This document shows, in pieces, positions 10,209 to 25,200 of a stretch of DNA of 64,000 nt. A program made the translations under genes and the position numbers. The notes beneath the pieces were generated by a model. The model was not told where the DNA came from and ran no database searches. It was given only the letters and a program-made list of their open reading frames with translations. Each line of letters opens with the position of its first letter. Position 1 is the stretch's first letter. This DNA comes from Squalus acanthias (taxonomy: Eukaryota), in assembly GCA_030390025.1 (NCBI GenBank), contig CM059431.1, forward strand, positions 136,154,001 to 136,218,000. Reading direction: 5' to 3'.

Positions 10209-13200
10209 CCACTACAGGAATAGGATCATCCCAGACCACTACAGGAGTAGAAACAGCACAGACCACTACAGGAGTAGGATCATCATAGACCACTACAGGA
10301 GTAGAAACATCACAGACCACTAGAGGAGTAGAATCATCACAGACCAATACAGGAGTAGAATCATCACAGACCACTACAGGAGTAGGATCATCACAGACCA
10401 CTACAGGAGAATCATCACAGACCACTACAGGCGTAGAATGATCACAGACCACTACAGGAGTAGAATCATCACAGACCACTACAGGAGTAGGATCATCACA
10501 GACCACTACAGGAGTAGAATCATGACAGACCACTACAGGAGTAGAATCATTATAGATCACTACAGGAGTGGAATCATCACAGACCACTACAGGAGTAGGA
10601 TCATCACAGACCACTACAGGAGTAAAGTCATCACAGACAACTACAGGAGTAGGAGCATCACAGACCACTACAGGAGTAGAATCATCACAGACCACTACAG
10701 GTGTAGAATCATCACAGACCACTACAGGAGTAGAATCATCACAGATCACTACAGGAGTAGAATCATCACAGACCACTACAGGAGTAGGATCATCACAGAC
10801 CACTACAGTAGTAGAATCATCACAGACCACTACAGGTGTAGAATCATCACAGACCACTACAGCAGTAGAATCATCACAGACCACTGCAGGAATAGAATCA
10901 TCACAGACCACGACAGGAGTAGAATCATCACAGACAACTACAGGAGTAGAATCATCACAGACCACTACAGGAGTAGGATCATCACAGACCACTACAGGAG
11001 TAGAATTATCAGAGACCACTACAGGAGTAGGATCATCACAGACCACTACAGGAGTAGAATCATCACAGACCACTACCGGAGTAGAATCATCACAGACCAG
11101 TACAGGAGTAGAAACATCACAGACCACTACAGTAGTAGAATCATCACAGACCACTACAGGCATAGGATCAACACAGACCACTACAGGAGTAGAATCATCA
11201 CAGACCACTACAGGAATAGGATTATCAAAGACAACTACAGGAGTAGAATCATCACAGACCACTGCAGGTGTAGAATCATCACAGACCACTACAGGAGTAG
11301 AATCATCACAGACCACTACAGAAGTGGGATCACCACAGACCACGACAGCAGTAGAATCATCACAAACCACTACAGGAGTAGAATCATCACATACCAATAC
11401 AGCAGGAGAATCATCACAGCCCACTACAGGAGTAGAATCATCACACACCACTACAGGAGTAGAATCATCACAGACCACAACAGTAGTAGAATAATCAGAG
11501 ACCACTTCAGGAGTAGAATCATCACAGATCACTACAGGTGTAGAATCATCACAGACCACGACAGTAGTAGAATCATCACAGACCACTACAGGAATAGAAT
11601 CATCACAGACCACTACAGGATTAGAATCATCACAGACCACTACAGGAGTAGAATCATCACAGACCACTACAGGAGTAGGATCATCACAGAATACTACAGG
11701 AGTAGAATCATCACAGACCTCCACAGGAGTAGAATCAGCACAGACCGCTACAGGAGTAGAATCATCAGAGACCACTACAGCAGTAGGATCATCACAGACC
11801 ACTACAGGAGTAGAATCATCACAGACCACTCGCGGAGATGAATCATCACAGACCACTACAGGAGTAGAAACATCACAGACCACTACAGTAGTAGAATCAT
11901 CACAGACCACTACAGGCATAGGATCAACACAGACCACTACAGGAGTAGAATCATCACAGAACACTACAGGAATAGGATCATCAAAGACAACTACAGGAGT
12001 AGAATCATCACAGACCACTACAGGTGTAGAATCATCACAGACCACTACAGGAGTAGAGTCATCACAGACCAATACAGCAGTAGAATCATCATAGCCCACT
12101 ACAGGAGTAGAATCATCACAGACCACAACAGGAGTAGAATAATCACAGACCACTACAGGAGTAGAATCATCACAGACCACTACAGGAGTAGAATCATCAC
12201 AGACCACTACAGGAGTAGAATCATCAGAGACCACGACAGAAGTGGGATCACCACAGACCAATACAGGAGCAGAATCATCACAAACCACTACAGGAGTAGA
12301 ATCATCACAGACCAATACAGCAGTAGAATCATCATAGCCCACTACAGGAGTAGAATCATCACACACCACTACAGGAGTAGAATCATCACAGACCACAACA
12401 GGAGTAGAATAATCACAGACCACTACAGGAGTAGAATCATCACAGACCACTACAGGAGTAGAATCATCAGAGACCACTACAGAAGTGGGATCACCACAGA
12501 CCACTACAGGGGTAGAATAATCACAGACCACTACAGGAGTAGAATCATCAGAGACCACTACAGAAGTGGGATCACCACAGACCACTACAGGAGTAGAATC
12601 ATCACAGACCACGACAGGAGTAGAATCATCAGAGACCACTACAGAAGTGGGATCACCACAGACCACTACAGGAGTAGAATCATCACAGACCACTACAGGA
12701 GTAGAATCATCAGAGACCACTACAGAAGTGGGATCACCACAGACCACTACAGGAGTAGAATCATCACAGACCACAACAGGAGCAGAATAATCACAGACCA
12801 CTACAGGAGTAGAATCATCACAGACCACTACAGGAGTAGAATCATCACAGACCACTACGGGACTAGAATCATCACAGACAACTACGGGAGTGGGATTATC
12901 CCAGAGCACTACAGGAGTAGAATCAGCACAGACCACTACAGGAGTAGGATCATCACAGACCACTACAGGAGCAGAATTATCACAGACCACTGCAGGAGTA
13001 GAACCATCACAGACCACTACAGGAATAGGATCATCCCAGACCACTACAGGAGTAGAATCAGCACAGACGACTACAGGAGTAGGATCATCACAGACCACTA
13101 CAGGAGTAGAATCATCACAGACCACTACAGGAGTAGAATCATCACAGCCCACTACAGGAGTAGAATCATCACAGACCACTACAGGAGTAGGATCATCACA

Positions 13201-16200
13201 GACCACTACAGGAGAATCATCACAGACCACTACAGGAGTAGATTCATCACAGACCACTACAGGAGTAGAATCATCACAGACCACTACAGGAGTAGGATCA
13301 TCACAGACCACTACAGGAGTAGAATCATCACAGACCACTACAGGAGTAGAATCATCACAGACCACTACAGGTGTAGAATCATCACAGACCACTACAGGAG
13401 TAGAATCATCACAGATCACTACAGGAGTAGAATCATCACAGACCACTACAGGAGTAGGATCATCACAGACCACTACAGCAGTAGAATCATCACAGACCAC
13501 TACAGGTGTAGAATCATCACAGACCACTACAAGAGTAGAATCATCACAGACCACTACAGGAATAGAATCATTACAGACCAAAACAGGAGTAGAATCATCA
13601 CAAACCACTACAGGAGTAGAATCATCACAGACCACTACAGGAGTAGGATCATCACAGAATACTACAGGAGTAGAATCATCACAGACCACTACAGGAGTAG
13701 AATCATCACAGACCACTACAGGAGTAGAATCATCAGAGACCACTACAGGAGTAGGATCATCACAGACCACTACAGGTGTAGAATCATCACAGTCCACTAC
13801 AGGAGTAGAAACATCACAGACCACTACAGGAGCAGAATCATCACAGATCACTACAGGCATAGGATCAACACAGACCACAACAGGAGTAGAATCATCACAG
13901 ACCACTACAGGAATAGGATCATCAAAGACAACTACAGGAGCAGAATCATCACAGACCACTACAGGTGTAGAAACATCACAGACCACTACAGGAGCAGGAT
14001 CATCACAGACCACTACAGAAGTGGGATCACCACAGACCACTACAGGAGTAGAATCATCACAAACCACTACAGGAGTAGAATCATCACAGACCAATACAGC
14101 AGTAGAATCATCACAGCCCACTACAGGAGTAGAATCATGACAGACCACTACAGGAGTAGAATAATCACAGACCACTACAGGAGTAGAATCATCACAGACC
14201 ACAACAGGAGTAGAATCATCACAGACCACTACAGGAGTAGGATTATCCCAGACCACTATAGGAGTAGAATCAGCACAGACCACTACAGGAGTAGGATCAT
14301 CACAGACAACTACAGGAGTAGAATTATCACAGACCACTACAGGAGTAGAACCATCACAGACCACTACAGGAGTAGGATCATCACAGACCACTACAGGAGT
14401 AGAAACATCACAGACCAGTAGAGGAGTAGAATCATCACAGACCACTACAGGAGTAGAATCATCACAGACCACTACAGGAGTAGGATCATCGCAGACCACT
14501 ACAGGAGAATCATCACAGACCACTACAGGAGTAGAAACATCACAGACCACTGCAGGAGTAGAATCATCACAGACCACTACAGGAGTAGGATCATCACAGA
14601 CCACTACAGGAGTAGAATCATCACAGACCACTACAGGAGTAGAATCATTATAGATCACTGCAGGAGTAGAATCATCACAGACCACTACAGGAGTAGGATC
14701 ATCACAGACCATTACAGGAGTAAAGTCATCACAGACAACTACAGGAGTGGGATCATCACAGACCTCTACAGGAGTAGAATCATCACAGACCACTACAGGT
14801 GTAGAATCATCACAGACCACTACAGGAGTAGAATCATCACAGACCACTACAGGAGTAGAATCATCACAGACCACTACAGGAGTAGGATCATCACAGACCA
14901 CTACAGTAGCAGGATCATCACAGACCACTACAGGTGTAGAATCATCACAGACCACTACAGTAGTAGAATCATCACAGACCACTACAGGAATAGAATCATC
15001 ACAGACCACTACAGGAGTAGAATCATCACAGACCACTACAGGAGTAGAATCATCACAGACCACTACAGGAGTAGGATCATCACAGAATACTACAGGAGTA
15101 GAATCATCACAGACCTCTACAGGAGTAGAATCATCACATACCACTACAGGAGTAGAATCATCAGAGACCACTACAGGAGTAGGATCATCACAGACCACTA
15201 CAGGAGTAGAATCATCACAGACCACTACCGGAGTAGAATCATCACAGACCACTACAGGAGTAGAAATATCACAGACCACTACAGTAGTAGAATCATCACA
15301 GACCACTACAGGCATAGGATCAACACAGACCACTACAGGAGTAGAAACATCACAGACCAGTAGAGGAGTAGAATCATCACAGACCACTACAGGAGTAGAA
15401 TCATCACAGACCACTACAGGAGTAGGATCATCGCAGACCACTACAGGAGAATCATCACAGACCACTACAGGAGTAGAAACATCACAGACCACTGCAGGAG
15501 TAGAATCATCACAGACCACTACAGGAGTAGGATCATCACAGACCACTACAGGAGTAGAATCATCACAGACCACTACAGGAGTAGAATCATTATAGATCAC
15601 TGCAGGAGTAGAATCATCACAGACCACTACAGGAGTAGGATCATCACAGACCATTACAGGAGTAAAGTCATCACAGACAACTACAGGAGTGGGATCATCA
15701 CAGACCTCTACAGGAGTAGAATCATCACAGACCACTACAGGTGTAGAATCATCACAGACCACTACAGGAGTAGAATCATCACAGACCACTACAGGAGTAG
15801 AATCATCACAGACCACTACAGGAGTAGGATCATCACAGACCACTACAGTAGCAGGATCATCACAGACCACTACAGGTGTAGAATCATCACAGACCACTAC
15901 AGTAGTAGAATCATCACAGACCACTACAGGAATAGAATCATCACAGACCACTACAGGAGTAGAATCATCACAGACCACTACAGGAGTAGAATCATCACAG
16001 ACCACTACAGGAGTAGGATCATCACAGAATACTACAGGAGTAGAATCATCACAGACCTCTACAGGAGTAGAATCATCACATACCACTACAGGAGTAGAAT
16101 CATCAGAGACCACTACAGGAGTAGGATCATCACATACCACTACAGGAGTAGAATCATCACAGACCACTACCGGAGTAGAATCATCACAGACCACTACAGG

Positions 16201-19200
16201 AGTAGAAATATCACAGACCACTACAGTAGTAGAATCATCACAGACCACTACAGGCATAGGATCAACACAGACCACTACAGGAGTCGAATCATCACAGACC
16301 ACTAAAGGAATAGGATCATCAAAGACAACTACAGGAGTAGAATCATCACAGACCACTACAGGTGTAGAATCATCACAGTCCACTACAGGAGTAGAATCAT
16401 CACAGACCACTACAGAAGTGGGATCACCACAGACCACTACAGGAGTAGAATCATCACAAACCACTACAGGAGTAGAATCATCACAGACCAATACAGCAGC
16501 AGAATCATCACAGCCCACTACATGAGTAGAATCATCACAGACCACTGCAGGCATAGGATCAACACAGACCACTACAGGAGTAGAATCATCAGAGACCACT
16601 ACAGGAGGTGGATCATCACAGACCACTACAGGTGTAGAATCATCACAGACCACTACAGGTGTAGAATCATCACAGACCACTACAAGAGTAGAATCATCAC
16701 AGACCACTACAGGAATAGAATCATCACAGACCACTACAGGAGTAGAATCATCACAGACCACTACAGAAGTAGAATCATCACAGACCACTACAGGAGTAGG
16801 ATCATCACAGAATACTACAGGAGTAGAATCATCACAGACCACTACAGGAGTAGAATCATCACAGACCACTACAGGAGTAGAATCATCAGAGACCACTACA
16901 GGAGTAGGATCATCACAGACCACTACAGGTGTAGAATCATCACAGACCACTACCGGAGTAGAATCATCACAGTCCACTACAGGAGTAGAAACATCACAGG
17001 CCACTACAGCAGTAGAATCATCACAGATCACTACAGGCATAGGATCAACACAGACCACAACAGGAGTAGAATCATCACAGACCACTACAGGAGTAGAATC
17101 ATCACAGACCAATACAGCAGTAGAATCATCACAGCCCACTACAGGAGTAGAATCATCACACACCACTACAGGAGTAGGATCATCACAGACCACAACAGGA
17201 GTAGAATAATCACAGACCACTACAGGAGTAGAATCATCACAGACCACTACAGGAGTAGGATCATCACAGACCACAACAGGAGTAGAATCATCACAGACCA
17301 CTACAGGAGTAGGATTATCCTAGAGCACTATAGGAGTAGAATCAGCACAGACCACTACAGGAGTAGGATCATCACAGACAACTACAGGAGTAGAATTATC
17401 ACAGACCACAACAGGAGTAGAATAATCACAGACCACTACAGTAGTAGAATCATCACAGACCACTACAGGTGTAGAATCATCACAGACCACTACAGTAGTA
17501 GAATCATCACAGACCACTACAGGAATAGAATCATCACAGACCACTACAGGAGTAGAATCATCACAGACCACTACAGGAGTAGAATCATCACAGACCACTA
17601 CAGGAGTAGGATCATCACAGAATACGACAGGAGCAGAATCATCACAGACCTCTACAGGAGTAGAATCATCACAGACCACTACAGGAGTAGAATCATCAGA
17701 CACCACTACAGGAGTAGGATCATCACAGACCACTACAGGAGTAGAATCATCACAGACCACTACAGGAGTAGAAATATCACAGACCACTACAGTAGTAGAA
17801 TCATCACAGACCACTACAGGCATAGGATCAACACAGAACACTACAGGAGTAGAATCATCACAGACCACTACCGGAGTAGAATCATCACAGTCCACTATAG
17901 GAGTAGAAACATCAAAGACCACTACAGGAGTAGAATCATCACAGATCACTACAGGCATTGGATCAACACAGACCACAACAGGAGTAGAATCATCACAGAC
18001 CACGACAGGAATAGGATCATCAAATACAATTACAGGAGCAGAATCATCACAGACCACTACAGGTGTAGAATCATCACAGACCACTACAGGAGTAGAATCA
18101 GCACAGACCACTACAGGAGTAGAATCAGCACAGACCACTACAGGAGCAGAATAATCACAGACCACTACAGGAGTAGAATCAGCACAGACCACTACAGCAG
18201 TAGAATCATCACAAACCACTACAGGAGTAGAATCATCACAGCCCACAAAAGGAGTAGTATCATCACAGACCACTACAGGAGTAGGATCATCACAGTCCAC
18301 TACAGGAGAATCATCACAGACCACTACAGGAGCCGAATCATCACAGACCACTACAGTAGTAGAATCATCACAGACCACTACAGGAGTAGGATCATCACAG
18401 ACCACTACAGGAGTAGAATCATTATAGATCACTACAGGAGTAGAATCATCACAGACCACAACAGGAGTAGAAAGATCACAGACCACTACAGGAGTAGAAT
18501 CATCACAGACCACTACAGGAGTAGAACCATCACAGACCACAACAGGAATAGGATCATCCCAGACCACTACAGAAGTAGAATCAGCACAGACCACTACAGG
18601 AGTAGGATAATCACAGACCACTACAGGAGTAAAAACATCACAGACCACTAGAGCAGTAGAATCATCACAGACCACTACAGGAGTAGAATCATCACAGACC
18701 ACTACAGGAGTAGGATCATCACAGACCACTACAGGAGAATCATCACAGACCACTACATGAGTAGAATCATCACAGACCACTACAGGAGTAGAATCATCAC
18801 AGACCACTACAGGAGTAGGATCATCACAGACCACTACAGGAGTAGAATCATCACAGACCACAACAGGAGTAGAATCATCACAGACCACTACAGGAGTAGA
18901 ATCATCACAGACCACTACAGGAGTACGATCATCACAGACCACTACAGGAGTAGGATCATCATAGACCACTACAGGAGTAGAATCATCACAGACCACGACA
19001 GGAGTAAAGTCATCACAGACAACTACAGGAGTAGGATCATCACAGACCACTACAGGATTAGAATCATCACAGACCACTACAGGAGTACAATCATCACAGA
19101 CCACTACAGGAGTTGGATCATCACAGACCACTACAGTCGTAGAATCATCACAGACCACTACAGGAGTAGAATCATCACAGACCAAAACAGGAGTAGAATC

Positions 19201-22200
19201 ATCACAGACCACTACAGTAGTAGAATCATCACAGACCACTACAGGAATAGGATCATCCCAGACCACTACAGAAGTAGAATCAGCACAGACCACTACAGGA
19301 GTAGGATCATCACAGACCACGACAGGAGCAAAAACATCACAGACCACTTGAGCAGTAGAATCATCACAGACCACTTCAGGAGTAGAATCATCACAGACCA
19401 CTACAGGAGTAGGATCATCACAGACCACTACAAGAATATCATCACAGACCACTACATGAGTAGAATCATCACAGACCACTACAGGAGTAGAATCATCACA
19501 GACCACTACAGGAGTAGGATCATCACAGACCACTACAGGAGTAGAATCATCACAGACCACTGCAGGAATAGAATCATCACAGACCACTACAGGAGTAGAA
19601 TCATCACAGAACACTACAGGAGTAGAATCATCACAGACCTCTACAGGAGTAGAATCATCACAGACCACTACAGGAGTAGAATCATCAGAGACCACTACAG
19701 GAGTAGGATCATCACATACCACTACAGGAGTGTAATCATCACAGACCACTGACGTAGTAGAATCATCACAGACCACTACAGGAGTAGAAACATCACAGAC
19801 CACTACAGTAGTAGAATCATCACAGACCACTACAGGCATAGGATCAACACAGACCACTACAGGAGTAGAATCATCACAGACCACTACACGAATAGGATCA
19901 TCAAAGACAACTACAGGAGTAGAATCATCACAGACCACTACAAGTGTAGAATCATCACAGACCACTACAGGAGTAGAATCATCACAGACCACTACAGAAG
20001 TGGGATCACCACAGTTCACTACAGGAGTAGAATCATCACAAACCACTACAGGAGTAGAATCATCACAGACCAACACAGCAGTAGAATTACCACAGCCCAC
20101 TACAGGAGTAGAATCATCACAGACCACTAAAGGAGTAGAATCATCACAGACCACAACAGGAGTAGAATAATCACAGACCACTGCAGGAGTAGAATCATCA
20201 AAGACCACTACAGGTGTAGAATCATCACAGACCACTACAGTAGTAGAATCATCACAGACCACTACAGGAATAGAATCATCACAGACCACTACTGGAGTAG
20301 AATCATCACAGACCACTACAGGAGTAGAATCATCACAGACCACTACAGGAGTAGGATCATCACAGAATACTACAGGAGTAGAATCATCACAGACCTCTAC
20401 AAGAGTAGAATCATCACAGACCACTACAGGAGTAGAATCATCAGAGACCACTACAGGAGTAGGATCATCACAGACCACTACAGGAGTAGAATCATCACAG
20501 ACCACTACCGGAGATGAATCATCACAGACCACTACAGGAGTAGAAACATCACAGACCACTACAGTAGTAGAATCATCACAGACCACTACAGGCATTGGAT
20601 CAACACAGACCACTACAGGAGTAGAATCATCACAGACCACTACAGGAATAGGATCATCAAAGACAACTACAGGAGTAGAATCATCACAGACCACTACAGG
20701 AGTAGGATCATCACAGACCACTACAGGAGTAGAATCATCACAGACCACTACAGGAGTAGAATCATTATAGATCACTACAGGAGTAGAATCATCACAGACC
20801 ACTACAGGAGTAGGATCATCACAGACCACTACAGGAGTAATGTCATCACAGACAACTACAGGAGTAGGATCATCACAGACCTCTACAGGAGTAGAATCAT
20901 CACAGACCACTACAGGTGTAGAATCATCACAGACCACTACAGGAGTAGAATCATCACAGACCACTACAGGAGTAGAATCATCACAGACCACTACAGGAGT
21001 AGGATCATCACAGACCACTACAGTAGTAGAATCATCACAGACCACTACAGGTGTAGAATCATCACAGACCACTACAGTAGTAGAATCATCACAGACCACT
21101 ACAGGAATAGAATCATCACAGACCACTGCAGGAGTAGAATCATCACAGACCACTACAGGAGTAGAATCATCACAGACCACTACAGGAGTAGGATCATCAC
21201 AGAATACTACAGGAGTAGAATCATCACAGACCTCTACAGGAGTAGAATCATCACAGACCACTACAGGAGTAGAATCATCAGAGACCACTACAGGAGTAGA
21301 ATCATCACAGACCACAACAGGATTAGAATCATCACAGACCACTACAGGAGTAGAATCATTATAGATCACTACAGGAGTAGTATCATCACAGACCACAACA
21401 GGAGTAGAAAGATCACAGACCACTACAGGAGTAGAATCATCACAGACCACTACAGGAGTACGATCATCACAGACCACTACAGGAGTAGGATCATCACAGA
21501 CCACTACAGGAGTAGAATCATCACAGACCACGACAGGAGTAAAGTCATCACAGACAACTACAGGAGTAGGATCATCACAGACCACGACAGGATCAGAATC
21601 ATCACAGACCACTACAGGAGTAGAATCATCACAGACCACTACAGGAGTTGGATCATCACAGACCACTACAGCAGTAGAATCATCACAGACCACTACAGGA
21701 GTAGAATCATCACAGACCAAAACAGGAGTAGAATCATCACAGACCACTACAGTAGTAGAATCATCACAGACCACTAAAGTAGTAGAATCATCACAGACCA
21801 CGACAGGAGTAGAATCATCACAGACCACTACAGGTGTAGAATCATCACAGACCACTACAGTAGTAGAATCATCACAGACCACTACAGGAATAGAATCATC
21901 ACAGACCACTACAGGAGTAGAATCATCACAGAACACTACAGGAGTAGAATCATCACAGACCTCTACAGGAGTAGAATCATCACAGACCACTACAGGAGTA
22001 GAATCATCAGAGACCACTACAGGAGTAGGATCATCACAGACCACTACAGGAGTGTAATCATCACAGACCACTACCGGAGTAGAATCATCACAGACCACTA
22101 CAGGAGTAGAAACATCACAGACCACTACAGTAGTAGAATCATCACAGACCACTACAGGCATAGGATCAACACAGACCACTACAGGAGTAGAATCATCACA

Positions 22201-25200
22201 GACCACTACAGGAATAGGATCATCAAAGACAACTACAGGAGTAGAATCATCACAGACCACTACAGTTGTAGAATCATCACAGACCACTACAGGAGTAGAA
22301 TCATCACAGACCACTACAGAAGTGGGATCACCACAGTTCACTACAGGAATAGAATCATCACAGACCACTACAGGAATAGAATCATCACAGACCACTACTG
22401 GAGTAGAATCATCACAGACCACTACAGGAGTAGAATCATCACAGACCACTACAGGAGTAGGATCATCACAGAATACTACAGGAGTAGAATCATCACAGAC
22501 CTCTACAAGAGTAGAATCATCACAGACCACTACAGGAGTAGAATCATCAGAGACCACTCCAGGAGTAGGATCATCAAAGACCACTACAGGAGTAGAATCA
22601 TCACAGACCACTACCGGAGATGAATCATCACAGACCACTACAGGAGTAGAAACATCACAGACCACTACAGTAGTAGAATCATCACAGACCACTACAGGCA
22701 TAGGATCAACACAGACCACTACAGCAGTAGAATCATCACAGACCACTACAGGAATAGGATCATCAAAGACAACTACAGGAGTAGAATCATCACAGACCAC
22801 TACAGGTGTAGAATCATCACAGACCACTACAGGAGTAGAATTATCACAGACCACTACAGAAGTGGGATCACCACAGCCCACTACAGGAGCAGAATCATCA
22901 CACACCACTACAGGGGTAGCATCATCACAGACCACAACAGGAGTAGAATAATCACAGACCACTACAGGAGTAGAATCATCACAGACCACTACAGGGGTAG
23001 GATCATCACAGACTACTACAGGAGTAGAATCATCACAGACCACTACAGGAGTAGCATTATCCCAGAGCACTACAGGAGTAGAATCAGCACAGTCCACTAC
23101 AGGAGTAGGATCATCCCAGACCACTACAGGAGTAGAATCAGCACAGACCACTACAGGAGTAGGATCATCACAGACCACTACAGGAGTAGAAACATCACAG
23201 ACCACTAGAGGAGTAGAATCATCACAGACCACTACAGGAGTAGAATCATCACAGGCCACTACAGGAGTAGCATCATCACAGAACACTACAGGAGAATCAT
23301 CACAGACCACTACAGGAGTAGAATCATCACAGACCACTACAGGAGCAGAATCATCACAGACCACTACAGGGGTAGGATCATCACAGACCACTACAGGAGT
23401 AGATTTATCACAGATCACTACAGGAGTAGAATCATTATAGATCACTACAGGAGTAGAATCATCACAGACCACTACAGGAGTAGGATAATCACAGACCACT
23501 ACAGGAGTAGAATCATCACTGACCACTACAGGAGTAGAATCATCACAGACCAAAACAGGAGTAGAATCATCACAGACCACAACAGGAGTAGAATCATCAC
23601 AGACCACTACAGGAGTACGATCATCACAGACCACTACAGGAGTAGAATCATCACAGACCACTACAGGAGTAGAAACATCACAGACCACTACAGTAGTAGA
23701 ATCATCACAGACCACTACAGGCATAGGATCAACACAGACCACTACAGGAGTAGAATCATCACAGACCACGACAGGAATAGGATCATCAAAGACAACTACA
23801 GGAGTAGAATCATCACAGACCACTACAGTTGTAGAATCATCACAGACCACTACAGGAGTAGAATCATCACAGACCACTACAGAAGTGGGATCACCACAGT
23901 TCACTACAGGAGTAGAATCATCACAAACCACTACAGGAGTAGAATCATCACAGACCAACACAGCAGTAGAATCATCACAGCCCACTACAGGAGTAGAATC
24001 ATCACACACCACTAAAGTAGTAGAATCATCACAGACCACAACAGGAGTAGAATAATCACAGACCACTGCAGGAGTAGAATCATCACAGACCACTACAGGT
24101 GTAGAATCATCACAGACCACTACAGTAGTAGAATCATCACAGACCACTACAGGAATAGAATCATCACAGACCACTACTGGAGTAGAATCATCACAGACCA
24201 CTACAGGAGTAGAATCATCACAGACCACTACAGGAGTAGGATCATCACAGAATACTACAGGAGTAGAATCATCACAGACCTCTACAAGAGTAGAATCATC
24301 ACAGACCACTACAGCAGTAGAATCATCAGAGACCACTACAGGAGTAGGATCATCACAGACCACTACAGGAGTAGAATCATCACAGACCACTACCGGAGAT
24401 GAATCATCACAGACCACTACAGGAGTAGAAACATCACAGACCACTACAGTAGTAGAATCATCACAGACCACTACAGGCATAGGATCAACACAGACCACTA
24501 CAGGAGTAGAATCATCACAGACCACTACAGGAATAGGATCATCAAAGACAACTACAGGAGTAGAATCATCACAGACCACTACAGGTGTAGAATCATCACA
24601 GACCACTACAGGAGTAGAATCATCGCAGACCACTACAGAAGTGGGATCACCACAGCCCACTACAGGAGCAGAATCATCACACACCACTACAGGAGTAGCA
24701 TCATCACAGACCACAACAGGAGTAGAATAATCACAGACCACTACAGGAGTAGAATCATCACAGACCACTACAGGAGTAGGATCATCACAGACTACTACAG
24801 GAGTAGAATCATCACAGACCACTACAGGAGTAGCATTATCCCAGAGCACTACAGGAGTAGAATCAGCACAGTCCACTACAGGAGTAGGATCATCCCAGAC
24901 CACTACAGGAGTAGAATCAGCACAGACCACTACAGGAGTAGGATCATCACAGACCACTACAGGAGTAGAAACATCACAGACCACTAGAGGAGTAGAATCA
25001 TCACAGACCACTACAGGAGTAGAATCATCACAGGCCACTACAGGAGTAGGATCATCACAGAACACTACAGGAGAATCATCACAGACCACTACAGGAGTAG
25101 AATCATCACAGACCACTACAGGAGTAGAATCATCACAGACCACTACAGGGGTAGGATCATCACAGACCACCACAGGAGTAGATTTATCACAGATCACTAC

